Source: Sporopachydermia quercuum
Taxonomy: Eukaryota
DNA: 64,000 nt
Reading direction: 5' to 3'
Assembly (NCBI GenBank): GCA_001599295.1
Contig: BCGN01000004.1
Coordinates: 748,138-812,137 of the forward strand
Shown in pieces: positions 1 to 10,799 of the stretch; within the stretch, counting starts at the first letter, position 1, and the number at the start of each line of letters is the position of its first letter. The notes below the pieces were generated by a model. It ran no database searches, had not been told where the DNA came from, and saw only the letters and a list, made by a program, of their open reading frames with translations. A program made the translations under genes and the position numbers.

Positions 1-1060
1 TATCATCAATATCAGTGATTACACTTAACCCATAGCCGGAAACTTCCATTATTTCTTCTGTTTCGTATTCACCGTTGGGTAAGCTGATGATAGCAGTTTC
101 TGGAGCTTTTGGTATTTTGAATTTAATTGAAAACTTTCCATTGGAATCAGTGAAGTTTTCTAAACGGAAGTCGTTTATTGAACTCGATTCATCTCGATAG
201 GTGATATTGATGGTGATTTTGGTATTAGCAACGGATTTATACATAAAAGGAGCCAGACGTTGCCTTAGTTTTAATTCTGACGCATTGATTGACTGATTAG
301 CAGCAATAGAGTCTATATCACTGTTACGAGAATGAATAGTGAAGTTGTCAGAGTTTGATTCCGAAGATGTTGCACTTGTTGGCGTAGATCCTGAAGAAGG
401 TTTTCTTGATGTTGATGCAAGGGTTTCGTTCGTAGAAATAGGTACGTTGTCCTGGATAGAAGAAGGATAGTCGTTCTCATCGAAGAAACTACTGGCTGAA
501 GCATTTATTTGATTTGTCGCTGTTCTGCCGTTTTCTAAAGCAGGTTTCTGAGGTTTTTCAGCTGCTGCTAAACCAGAAACNTTAGACTTTCCTACTAATT
601 GTCTTGCCAATGACAAAATTAGTCTATTCTTTCTCGTCATCGATCCAGGCATAAAAACCCAACCTCGAATATGAACCTCATAAACTGATTCTTCAGCTAG
701 AAACCTGGTATAGGAAGGATACAATACGATTCTAGCAGAATCTGGGACAATATTTATAGTTTTGTTGGAACCATCACTGTTATAATTGCTATTGCTACTT
801 CTGCTGCTTGCTAGTGATGATATATCGTCATAAGATTTTGAGGGTGAAGAAAAATCAATATTGCTATGAATATAAGCATCTCGCTTGTTCTTCATAAAAA
901 TCTTAAATCTGCTAGCATTTCTGGCAGCACTGTCTTTTAATCGTGAGAGATTTTCAACACTAGCAGTAGCAGCATTTCTAGTACTACTACTAGCTGTACT
1001 GTTACTACTACTGCTACTGTTACTTCTCTCGTAGATCCGTTGAGAATAGTTTGAACTCAT
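1..1060 (-). CDS. APP1: Actin-patch phosphatidate phosphatase App1 (partial, 3' end runs off the window)
   Basis: Not in the ORF track. Hand translation is open from ATG 1060 to base 2. Motifs GWVFMPGSMTRKNRLILSLARQL and LRQRLAPFM, and SVITDIDD (start of the DxDxT HAD motif) at the window edge. Confidence 0.85.
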   Translation of the reverse strand, partial: MSSNYSQRIYERSNSSSSSNSTASSSTRNAATASVENLSRLKDSAARNASRFKIFMKNKRDAYIHSNIDFSSPSKSYDDISSLASSRSSNSNYNSDGSNKTINIVPDSARIVLYPSYTRFLAEESVYEVHIRGWVFMPGSMTRKNRLILSLARQLVGKSXVSGLAAAEKPQKPALENGRTATNQINASASSFFDENDYPSSIQDNVPISTNETLASTSRKPSSGSTPTSATSSESNSDNFTIHSRNSDIDSIAANQSINASELKLRQRLAPFMYKSVANTKITINITYRDESSSINDFRLENFTDSNGKFSIKFKIPKAPETAIISLPNGEYETEEIMEVSGYGLSVITDIDD

Positions 1061-2235
1061 ATGTTTAGCAAGCCAAAGGTAATACTTTCTTGTAGCGAAA
1101 AGATTGAAACGCTTTAACGAGAGTCTGGGCAGGATTCTATACCAAGATTTCTGTTTTATTAAGGAACTATTTGGTTCAAATTTGATTCTTGGTGGTCTTA
1201 GTTTATTATTACCATAACCAAAGAATTTTCCTACCCAGGATCTGTTTGAATTGCCAAACAGATTAAAACGAAAATGAAACTTCTTCAATGTTGCTGATTT
1301 AATTTGAAGGAAAGAAACAGCTTTAAGAATGCAGGGATCTTCTGATAGGAATAATCCGTCTTATTCTTTCTTTTGTTGACGATTCTATTGCATTGCAAGT
1401 CAATGACGCATAAGATAGTAAGCCTGTGAGAGGATAGAGGAATTGATAATTGATCAATGAGAAACTGGTGTATCTGATGGACTAACAGAACTAAGACAAA
1501 CCAGCCAATAATCTATACTTTCCCTGATTGATACAATACGTAATAAATTCGTAGTAGGGGAGAATGTCAGTGACAACAATAGACGATTTGATGTGATTTG
1601 ATGTGATGATAGGCATTTAACAGGGTGCATTCTATTGTATAAAAGGCAAAAGGTACAATAACGGAACATGTAAACTTGGATGAGCCTTGTAAACCTAATT
1701 AGATCAGCGCATGATATTGCATTTACCTTAATGGCATATTAGGATNGTTACGAGAGTGCATGATTTAGTTTGAACTTTAACGGATTAAGAAGAATTCTCA
1801 TTAACGCGACAAGTGAGAAGATGTAATAATGAAAGATACTATTCGAGTGCGTGCAAGGAAGTTGGGTAAAATTATCTTTACTGGAATTGTATTTTANTGT
1901 TGTTTAACTGTTTTGGTTTATTTCTGTTACAGTTTCTGTGTAAGCTACTAGGGAATTCTTGCATTATTTGACGTACCTTTGAGATCCCAATTCACCGCAT
2001 ATTACTGAATACGCGATCGGTGGTGGAATAATAGAATAGTACTCTCAAGTGCGTTATTGTTATAAGAACGCTATCTTTGTTGGCGCTATTCATGTTGATT
2101 ACATTTTCATTATATCAACAGTATTGTAGTTACACGTTGAATTTTACTCAATCAGCTTCTACCACTCATTCCTTTATATCCGCCTTGATAGCAATCCAAT
2201 ATGAAGATCCTATGACAATATATTGATGAGTCATC

Positions 2236-4845
2236 ATGCCCATAGCCATGGAATCATCAGAAACTCTCTCTGATGAGAATTCAGAGAAAAGGAAGTATTA
2301 TCATCCTTATAATCCATATATGGTTCAGCTGGAATTCATGAATAGCTTATACAGTATGCTTGATGATGACGTGAAAATTGGTATACTTGAAAGCCCTACG
2401 GGTACTGGCAAGACGTTATCAGTTATATGCAGTTCAATGACATGGACAAGAAGTAGGAAAAGATTAGGAGAAGACAAGCTGAATATTAAGTCAGCTTCAA
2501 AAACGAGTACGTCGAACAAATCTATAGAGTCTAAGAATAATAATCTCAGCGACAATGACGAACCTAGTTGGGTGGTAGAATCTTTTATTAATAGCAATTA
2601 TGAAGAAGACATAAAGAAGCTTGCAGAGTATGAAGCGCATCTGGAGAAGGTCAAATCCACAGCTGCAAACAACGTTATTCATGATTTACCGAACAGATTG
2701 CAATTGAAAGCGAAAAGAAGAAAACTAGAATTGAAAGCTGCGAAAGCTACTGAAAAACAATCGAATGGAGATGACGATGTCCGAATAGACGATTATATTA
2801 GTGACAATGAGTCGGATGCTAAGGATAAAACGGTAAACCATCAATTGAATCAAGACGGTTTGAATTCTACAGTTGCTGCATTACTATGCCAATTAGAATC
2901 ATCCTATAGTAATAATTTCGGTACCGCTGTTGATCACAAAGATTATCAAATTATATTCGCTTCAAGAACCCACGCACAACTGAACCAGTTTTCTCATCAA
3001 GTACGGTTGACTAAGTTTCCTTCAGTATTCAAAACACCGGAAAGAGTGAAATTTCTGCCTTTGGGATCTCGTAAACAGCTCTGTATCAATCCTAAAGTAG
3101 CTAAACTGAAAAACATTTCAATGATCAATAATGCTTGTATGGATTTGCAGAAGAAATCATCTGATAATAAAGGCAAAGGATGTGAATTTTATCCGAAAAA
3201 GAACGATCCAATTACAGAAGAGCTTCTGAACAAGTTTCGTGATATTACTTTTGCTGAAGTTAGGGATATAGAAGATCTTGGAGAATTGGGAACAGAAATG
3301 AATCTATGTCCTTATTATGCAGCAAGAGAAGGCATAGTTAATGCCGATATTATTGCTGTACCATATCAAATACTTCTTCAAAAATCTGCTCGTGAAACAT
3401 TAGGGTTATCGTTAAAATCGGCAATAGTTATAATAGATGAAGCTCATAATCTCATTGATACTATCACATCCTTAAATTCTGTCTCAATATCTGCAAACGA
3501 GCTTAGTATAACGAAATCAGGTTTAACAAGTTATATTAGCAAATTCACCAAACGACTAAATGGTAGAAACAGAGTATACATTGCTCAATTAATTCGTATA
3601 ATTGAGCTGCTTGAACGGTTTTTTATTGAAACTATCAAAAAGCCTAAGAAACATTATTCATCAGGGAAAGAAATCAATATGGGAGATATCTTTGAGGGTA
3701 ACATTGGTGATAGTTTCAATATGCATAAACTAGGAAAATATATTGACAAATCAAAGATTGCTTTTAAGATTGAATCTTACTTAGAGCAAGAAGAAAAAAA
3801 GGTTTATACGTCAGAAGGTACCCCTTTGTTATTGAAAGTGTTTCAGTTCTTATTTTGCTTTACAAATACTGCTAAGGAAGGGAAATTTGTATTTGATAGA
3901 AACATGAAAGGTGAATTGACACTTCATTATATGTTACTAGATCCTAGTGAATATTTTGCTGACATAGTAAATGAATCAAAATCAGTTATTCTCACTGGCG
4001 GAACAATGGAACCAATGGATGAATTTCAGCAATTCCTTTTTCCTGAGGTTGACCCTGATGATATAAGGAAGTTCTCATGTGATCATGTTATACCAGATTC
4101 AAATCTGTTGGTGATTCCTCAAGGTGAATCTTTACAAGGTGAAAGACTTCAATTTTCCTTTGAGAATAGAAGCTTGGATAATACAATGTACCAATTGGGT
4201 TTAACTATTGCTGATATTAGTGAAAATACACCTAATGGCTCAGTTTTCTTTTTTCCAAGTTATTCCTACCTTTCAGCCGTTGTGAACCATATGAAGAAAA
4301 GCGGAATTTGGCAGAATTTGGTTAAAGACAAGAAATGTCTATGTGAGCCAAAAGAAGCATCTGAACTTGAACGTGTTTGGTCAGAATACCAAGAATCTGT
4401 TAAGGAAGAGAAAGGAGCATGTTTGTTTTCAGTAATTGGTGGTAAGATATCGGAAGGAGTTAATTTTTCTGATGAGTTAGCAAGATCTGTTACAATTGTT
4501 GGAATGCCGTATCCTAATATTTTCTCTGCTGAGCTAATTGCTAAGAGAAACTATATAATAGATTCTGCAATTGCTCAAGGCTTTAGTAGAGCTGAAGGGA
4601 TTGAGAAAAGTAAGATATTCTATGAGAATGTATGCATGAAAGCTGTTAATCAGAGCATTGGAAGAGCAATAAGACATGTAAATGATTATGCGTCAATTAT
4701 TTTGTTAGATGAAAGATATTCACAACCGAGAATCCAAAGCAAGTTACCAAAGTGGGTTAGAAAGAGAATTAGTCATTCTACTACTTCCGACTTNACATTA
4801 CAGTTGAAAGAGTTTTATGCTAGCAAGAGCAAGGAGACAGAATGA
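2236..4845 (+). CDS. CHL1: Fe-S DEAH DNA helicase Chl1/DDX11
   Basis: HPYNPY, ESPTGTGKT Walker A, SRTHAQL, Fe-S cysteines (LCIN..AC..GCEF..CPYY), DEAH, NQSIGRAIRH. Confidence 0.95.
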   Translation: MPIAMESSETLSDENSEKRKYYHPYNPYMVQLEFMNSLYSMLDDDVKIGILESPTGTGKTLSVICSSMTWTRSRKRLGEDKLNIKSASKTSTSNKSIESKNNNLSDNDEPSWVVESFINSNYEEDIKKLAEYEAHLEKVKSTAANNVIHDLPNRLQLKAKRRKLELKAAKATEKQSNGDDDVRIDDYISDNESDAKDKTVNHQLNQDGLNSTVAALLCQLESSYSNNFGTAVDHKDYQIIFASRTHAQLNQFSHQVRLTKFPSVFKTPERVKFLPLGSRKQLCINPKVAKLKNISMINNACMDLQKKSSDNKGKGCEFYPKKNDPITEELLNKFRDITFAEVRDIEDLGELGTEMNLCPYYAAREGIVNADIIAVPYQILLQKSARETLGLSLKSAIVIIDEAHNLIDTITSLNSVSISANELSITKSGLTSYISKFTKRLNGRNRVYIAQLIRIIELLERFFIETIKKPKKHYSSGKEINMGDIFEGNIGDSFNMHKLGKYIDKSKIAFKIESYLEQEEKKVYTSEGTPLLLKVFQFLFCFTNTAKEGKFVFDRNMKGELTLHYMLLDPSEYFADIVNESKSVILTGGTMEPMDEFQQFLFPEVDPDDIRKFSCDHVIPDSNLLVIPQGESLQGERLQFSFENRSLDNTMYQLGLTIADISENTPNGSVFFFPSYSYLSAVVNHMKKSGIWQNLVKDKKCLCEPKEASELERVWSEYQESVKEEKGACLFSVIGGKISEGVNFSDELARSVTIVGMPYPNIFSAELIAKRNYIIDSAIAQGFSRAEGIEKSKIFYENVCMKAVNQSIGRAIRHVNDYASIILLDERYSQPRIQSKLPKWVRKRISHSTTSDXTLQLKEFYASKSKETE

Positions 4846-5127
4846 ATCGGTATTCTAGATTGATGACATTTATCCCTGTCTTTATTATATTAATAGCTAC
4901 AACCTGTTATAATAAAATACCTTAGAATATATGAATGTTTAACTGTAGTTAATGAGTTAATGATCCTATTATGAATATATCATTATCTTGGAAGCCTGAT
5001 GATTGTTCATATGTTTCCGCAACAGTAAAGTGATTCAAATATTGGTGAAAACAATAATACGTAAAAAAGTTATTCAACCTATGTCTCAATCTTCCAGTTT
5101 CTCATTATAATCATTATCAACATTAAT

Positions 5128-5148
5128 AGTAGTAGTAGTAGTAGTAGT
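5128..5148. repeat. (TAG)n microsatellite
   Basis: About 7 perfect TAG units. Confidence 0.8.
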
Positions 5149-5531
5149 GATAGTCTTATCATTTCGTCTTCCTCGAACAATCACATGCAAATTTATTCAG
5201 TTTTCGTTTTGGGAGGTCTGTGGGAGGACGCGATGGGAGTGCTTTGGGAGGGAGGTGTCAATAAGCTCCCATTGAGTGCTAGATTCTAATGAGAAGCATT
5301 CACTTTCTGCTCATTGTTATCACTTTTTCCTTATTATAAAAGGATAGTAAAAATAGTAGTATATTATTTCCCCCACTGATTCGGACAGCTGTTTCAGTTT
5401 TTCTGAGTCATATTCCATTAGAAGTCAGCATCATCATTCATTCATGTTGAAGATGCTGCTAACAATGTCTATTGATTAGCTAATTAATTGACTGTTCACT
5501 TACATATAACTCTACATTTCCATTTGTTGAA

Positions 5532-6338
5532 ATGTCTAAGAAAAATAGAGAACGATCGACGTTTTCAGCATTGGCATCACAATCATCGGCAGCTTCAGAT
5601 AGGAATTCAAAGCCAAAGTTCAATTGGCCGGTATCATTTCTACATGCTAATGCACCCCAGTATATTGCAGCTGAAGAAAGCTTGGAATCACAGATTTATA
5701 TCATAAACAATCTGCTCACTGCTAAACAATGTGGTGATTTATTAGCAAGCTTTAAAGCTTTGCATTTGGAAACAACGCCATTTGTTAAAAGTAAAGAATA
5801 TGCTGCAAGAGTAAATGACAGAGTAGTACTACAAGATCCCATAGCAGCTTGTATTCTATGGAAAATAATTCAACCAACACTACAACCAGAAATCCCACCA
5901 TACGAGGTCTCTGAAGAGGAGCAAAAAGAGATCGAAAGTCTCGAGAATGAGTTTGGAACAGCTGTTGGTTTGAACCCTCAATTAAGAGTTTATAGATACA
6001 GAGAAGGACAGTTCTTTGATAAGCATTATGATGATAGTGTGAAGTGTGAGATCTATCAAGCTAAGAGTAGCAATGGTAATGTTATTTCTTCTGTCGAGAG
6101 GATTGGCAAAGGAACGACAAAATGGACATTGTTGATCTATCTAACTGGTACTTCCGATGATTTATCAGGAGGAGAAACAANCTTCTATCTGCCGAAAGCG
6201 AAAAAGCAAATAAAAATCAAACCAGAGAAAGGTATGGCTTTACTACATAAACACGGAGACGACTGTTTGCTACATGAAGGCGAAAAAGTAAACAAAGGAG
6301 AGAAATGGATTCTGAGAAGTGACATAGTATACAAGTGA
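5532..6338 (+). CDS. 2OG-Fe(II) oxygenase, prolyl-4-hydroxylase-like
   Basis: LRVYRY..FDKHYDD (HxD), TLLIYL, GGET, distal His LHEG and KWILRSD. TATAAA near 5335. Confidence 0.85.
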   Translation: MSKKNRERSTFSALASQSSAASDRNSKPKFNWPVSFLHANAPQYIAAEESLESQIYIINNLLTAKQCGDLLASFKALHLETTPFVKSKEYAARVNDRVVLQDPIAACILWKIIQPTLQPEIPPYEVSEEEQKEIESLENEFGTAVGLNPQLRVYRYREGQFFDKHYDDSVKCEIYQAKSSNGNVISSVERIGKGTTKWTLLIYLTGTSDDLSGGETXFYLPKAKKQIKIKPEKGMALLHKHGDDCLLHEGEKVNKGEKWILRSDIVYK

Positions 6339-6362
6339 ATTAGAAAGGGCAATGCCCATTAA

Positions 6363-9287
6363 TTATAGGCCAGCTTCTAAAGTGATCAATTGACCATAAA
6401 CCTCTTTAGAAATTCTATAAGGATTCATACCAGCGAATACCATGCAGTTTTTAGCAGAACTCCTCAGTTCTTTCAATTGCTCATCAATAGTGGGTGTGGT
6501 TCCCTTTTTGGCTTTTAGTTCTTTGGAGATTTCAAAGAGTGATTTCATCGCCATAAGAAGTACTATTGACGTATTTCTGGTGATACTTTCATCTAAAGCG
6601 TTGAATTTCTTACTGAATGCTCTGATAGTAGCGATAGATTCATCATTAGATTCAGACACATTCAGACCAATAGGAAGAACGCTAGATGCTTTCAAAATGT
6701 TCATGCATTCGTAAAACTTACGTTCTGAAAACATTGCTAAAGCATCCGTCACATTTAGCAATGTCTTGCAAGTCTCAATTAGTGATGCTCTTCTAACGCT
6801 TGAGCCTTGGGATGGTAAAGTAGATTCATTAGCTAATAGTTGTTTAGCTAATTGAACAGGATTAGCTTGTGCTGCAGAAGCAAACGAAGCATCTGCAATC
6901 ATAGCGGAAACAAATACATTATTAACGTTCTTACTGCTGATTTCATCACTAATGGAATAATTGATTAACTCTAATACCATATCATAATCTTTAGATAGTC
7001 TGAATAACAATATTGCATCAGCAATCCTTCCGTCTTCTTTAGCCTGAACAGCAGCATGTTTAGAAATAGTTTTAATAAACTCCTCTTCATTAGTAATATG
7101 GGCAAGCTTCTTTCGTTTCTCAATCTTTCCAGGAATTTTGACACCGTCACTTTTAAGATCACCTAAAAGTTTAGAGAATTGTCTGGTTTCAAGTATTAAT
7201 TCACGTAATGATGAATGACATATCTTGATCCGCTCTCCATTAGCTGCTTTTATATGTAATTCTTCAGACATCTCATTGTCTTGGTTGAAATCGTTTTCAC
7301 CAAACTGGACGGAACTGGACCAGTCATATTCATTAGGAAGGGTGAATAATAACAGATATTCCACTGCTAATTCGCAGTTGCTGCTTCTAAATACCCTTGT
7401 AAATTTACCCGCTAGGGAAATAAAATCAATATATGACTTTCCATTATTAAAAAGTAAAAATGAGTTCTTAGATGCCCCGNGAATAAAATCTGACCATCTT
7501 AATAGTCCATAGTAAGATAATGCTGTAGCAAAATGAACAGCTTGTACTTCATTCTTATTGCTGAACAACGTATCAACACTTTGTTCATACAAACCACATA
7601 GTAACAGCATTTGTAAATAAATACCTGACTCCATTTTCTGCGATTTTCTTAGATTCAAAACTGCACTCTGAACGTTTTGTAGTGTATATTTTTCATCGAA
7701 ATGACCTGAAGACACACCAGAATATAACTCATCTCTACAGAGCATCAAATTGACCCAGATCCAATCCTCAAATGAGTGGAAAATCAAACTATTTGTAGGG
7801 AATGGCGTGACAACGTTACAGCGACCAATGATTTTATAGATAGCAAATTGAAAAGGATCCACTTTTCTGGATTCTGTTTGGTACTCCAAGTTTTGAATAA
7901 AATAGCTGTGAACAGCTTCCAACGTCTTTCCTGACAGCTTTCTGTTGCTTGAATTAACGTATTCATTTAATGATGCAGGGAAGTTGTTATCAATAGTTCT
8001 GAATAGATATGCATATTGGTTGACAAACTCATTGGCTTGCTTTAAATAACCTGATCTAACCATATAATACACGATACCCCAAATAGGTAATCCTTGAGAA
8101 ACAAAAATATTTTCATCCCATTTCTTGTTTTTATCACAGTGTTTAACAGTCAAGAATGATTGAATGGTATTCTCAACGGTAACATTACCCCCTATTTGAG
8201 CCTTATAACGATTAGACGCCACTGTTTGATTGATATACTCAAAGAACTGCTCCTGTAAGTAATTCAAGCTGCTTGATACAATATGGGAACATAAGTTGAT
8301 GGATTCATAAGTAGGATTAGCATTTGGGTTCCAGTTTTGATATGTTGCAGCAAAAGATCTTCCCGGAGGTCTGAGTGAAGCTGGATCGGTAATATCTACA
8401 GCATTACGAAGAATCTTCCATAGTCTTGCAAACAATGAATAGTCACCATCGAGAGAAACAGCAGTTAGATAAAAGTTTGAAGCGAGAGAACACAATGAAT
8501 TGTTTTCTCTATGATTATTCAAATTGATAACCAGTTTTGCATATTCATTGAAATATCTTAGGTCTTCTGTTGATAGTTCTGTATCAGATAAAGGACCTAG
8601 AACATGCTTTCCTAAAGGTGCATTTCCCCATGTGATTTCAGTTTTACTTTTAGCAATAGCTGAAGCAAATCTCTTGGAACTATTTATTCTCCCTGAAGTA
8701 TCATGCGAAGAAATGACACCTAGGTTCTCGCAAATCTCCTCAGTTCTTCTCCTCCAACTGAAAAATACATCCATGTTGATAAATGTGTTAAAATCATCAG
8801 TGGCAGACATCCACGAGTCTTCAATCGAGCTGAGTATGCTTTGCTTCTTCTTTTCTCTTAAGTATCCATCAACGCCGGCTGTTCTACTTGCATTCTCTTC
8901 ATATGCTGCCGAGATAGGAACTTTTTGTCTGCCTGTAGATTTTAATGATTTCACATTTGCTTCGAGTAATTCCAAATCAATTCCAGACTTTGCTAACAAA
9001 ATATGAGCTTTTCTATTATCTGCTGAATTTGATTCATCGTCGGTAACTTTCTTTCTTAGTGATGTGCATCTTTTGGTGATTTCTTTCAACCCAAGTTGAA
9101 TGCTACCGAGTTCGGTTGATACAGTAGGCAGATTCTTAGAAGCTTCAAGGATTTCGCTCAAATACAAAGAAGGTGAAGAATGGTATTTGGCGTAAGATGC
9201 TGNGGTTGTCTTCTTATCGTTTCCTCCATTTTCTAGCACTACAGACTGCNCTAGATTGGATGAAGTGAAAGGTTTTCTGAAAGACAT
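6363..9287 (-). CDS. NIC96: Nucleoporin Nic96/Nup93
   Basis: ELGSIQLGLKEI, KAHILLA, PIWGIVYYMVRSG, DPFQFAIYKIIGRC, EDWIW, AVHFA, ETRQFSKLLGD. Confidence 0.95.
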   Translation of the reverse strand: MSFRKPFTSSNLXQSVVLENGGNDKKTTXASYAKYHSSPSLYLSEILEASKNLPTVSTELGSIQLGLKEITKRCTSLRKKVTDDESNSADNRKAHILLAKSGIDLELLEANVKSLKSTGRQKVPISAAYEENASRTAGVDGYLREKKKQSILSSIEDSWMSATDDFNTFINMDVFFSWRRRTEEICENLGVISSHDTSGRINSSKRFASAIAKSKTEITWGNAPLGKHVLGPLSDTELSTEDLRYFNEYAKLVINLNNHRENNSLCSLASNFYLTAVSLDGDYSLFARLWKILRNAVDITDPASLRPPGRSFAATYQNWNPNANPTYESINLCSHIVSSSLNYLQEQFFEYINQTVASNRYKAQIGGNVTVENTIQSFLTVKHCDKNKKWDENIFVSQGLPIWGIVYYMVRSGYLKQANEFVNQYAYLFRTIDNNFPASLNEYVNSSNRKLSGKTLEAVHSYFIQNLEYQTESRKVDPFQFAIYKIIGRCNVVTPFPTNSLIFHSFEDWIWVNLMLCRDELYSGVSSGHFDEKYTLQNVQSAVLNLRKSQKMESGIYLQMLLLCGLYEQSVDTLFSNKNEVQAVHFATALSYYGLLRWSDFIXGASKNSFLLFNNGKSYIDFISLAGKFTRVFRSSNCELAVEYLLLFTLPNEYDWSSSVQFGENDFNQDNEMSEELHIKAANGERIKICHSSLRELILETRQFSKLLGDLKSDGVKIPGKIEKRKKLAHITNEEEFIKTISKHAAVQAKEDGRIADAILLFRLSKDYDMVLELINYSISDEISSKNVNNVFVSAMIADASFASAAQANPVQLAKQLLANESTLPSQGSSVRRASLIETCKTLLNVTDALAMFSERKFYECMNILKASSVLPIGLNVSESNDESIATIRAFSKKFNALDESITRNTSIVLLMAMKSLFEISKELKAKKGTTPTIDEQLKELRSSAKNCMVFAGMNPYRISKEVYGQLITLEAGL

Positions 9288-9570
9288 TGCAGCGTGTCTA
9301 TTGTAATTGACTCTTTAATCAAATAGTACTTCTGATCAAAGGTTCAATTGACTTCATTCAAACTGCCATTCAGAGGAGCCCACTTGCTTTTGATTTTCAG
9401 CGATTACTTACAAAACACCAACATAACAATCTGAAAGAAAGCTCTTGCATTTTGTACAGACAATTACGAATGATTGATGGTATGTCTACATTGATCAAAT
9501 TACTGATCTGTGTGTTCATGATAAATAAACACAGTAGAAAGCATAAAAAAAGAATGGAGGGCTACTGGAG

Positions 9571-9578
9571 CCGGGTAA
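9571..9578. promoter_or_regulatory. Reb1 site (CCGGGTAA) upstream of NIC96
   Basis: Perfect 8-mer about 280 bp upstream of the ATG. Confidence 0.55.
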
Positions 9579-10175
9579 TAGTAAGCAACAAATTATACCT
9601 GTTATGAGACATTTTAATGAAACATGACATACCTGATTTGGGACACATGTCGGAGTTAGAAACTTATTGATAACAGTTGATCGATGTCTTTCAATCATAG
9701 ATCTGATGAAGAATATTTAGTTTTTTAGTTGCTTATAAAGTCAAAGATAGTATATGTGAGCTGTAGCCTGTTGTATGTTATTAGGTATTCATTTTATTAT
9801 AGCGTTTGAGTTGTTAGTCTTTATTCTGTAGTTCGTAGATAGAAACAGTGATAGATACTGTAATAGATTTGAAAAATTACTTTCACCAATTAAAGATGAA
9901 CGGACAAATGTAGTCTTACTAGTAATGCCTACATACTCAATTGAATAAACTGAGTGAAAGAACATTTATAGATTCTGGTAATTCGGTTGTCCGTCAATCG
10001 TTCACTTGTTAGTTCAATTGCTCTACAGATCTGCCGCCCTAATAAATAGAAATAAGTATCAGTTAATTGAATAGCTAGTAAGAAACAAAAAAATAGGAAA
10101 AAGGAACAATAAAAAGAATACCAAAGCTGAGTTGTTGAATATTGGTAAACAGAAATGATGACAAGGTGAGTGAAA

Positions 10176-10799
10176 TTAGCAACAACCTGACTTTGTTGTG
10201 TTGCTTTGTCCTTCAATATTGACAGCCCCATTATCTTTATTCTCAACAAGGTTGTCAGCAGCAACCTTTTCTTGAATCAACTTAGCAAGTTCAAAAAAGA
10301 TCGAGTCAACGTTTTCATTCGTCTTTGCTGATGCTTCAATGAATGGCATTCCCAATTCATCAGCCAATTCTTTTCCTTGTTCATAATTGATGACTCTTCC
10401 ATTGCTGTCATCACACTTATTACCGACTAACATAATTTGAGCGTCATCACTAGCATGGGCCTTCACAGTACTGTACCAGTTTCGAACATTGGCAAACGAT
10501 TTGTCTTCAGTAATATCATAAACGATAATGATACCCATAGCTCCACGATAATAAGCTGTGGTGATAGTACGGAATCGTTCTTGACCAGCGGTATCCCAAA
10601 CTTGTAATTTGATCTTCTTACCATTCACATCAATATTACGAATCTTGAAATCAATACCAATTGTTGTGATAAATGAAGGATTGAATCTATCTTCAATGAA
10701 ACGTAATAATAAACAGGACTTTCCAACTCCAGAATCCCCTACAAGCAATAGCTTCATGATCATGTCATATGATCTAACTTGTGAACGTGAAGCAGACAT
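10176..10799 (-). CDS. SEC4: Rab GTPase Sec4
   Basis: [28 protein letters not shown] effector loop, [23 protein letters not shown]-terminal CC. Confidence 0.93.
   Translation of the reverse strand: MSASRSQVRSYDMIMKLLLVGDSGVGKSCLLLRFIEDRFNPSFITTIGIDFKIRNIDVNGKKIKLQVWDTAGQERFRTITTAYYRGAMGIIIVYDITEDKSFANVRNWYSTVKAHASDDAQIMLVGNKCDDSNGRVINYEQGKELADELGMPFIEASAKTNENVDSIFFELAKLIQEKVAADNLVENKDNGAVNIEGQSNTTKSGCC

Noticed and set aside
4861..4884. TGATGA followed by TTATCCCTGT (snR38-like antisense to 25S)
   Set aside because: No CUGA box after the guide (CTTT instead) and the C box is too close; lies in the CHL1 3' UTR.
9516..9710. C/D-like frame TTCATGATAA...CTGATGAA
   Set aside because: The C box lacks the final GA and I found no rRNA complementarity.
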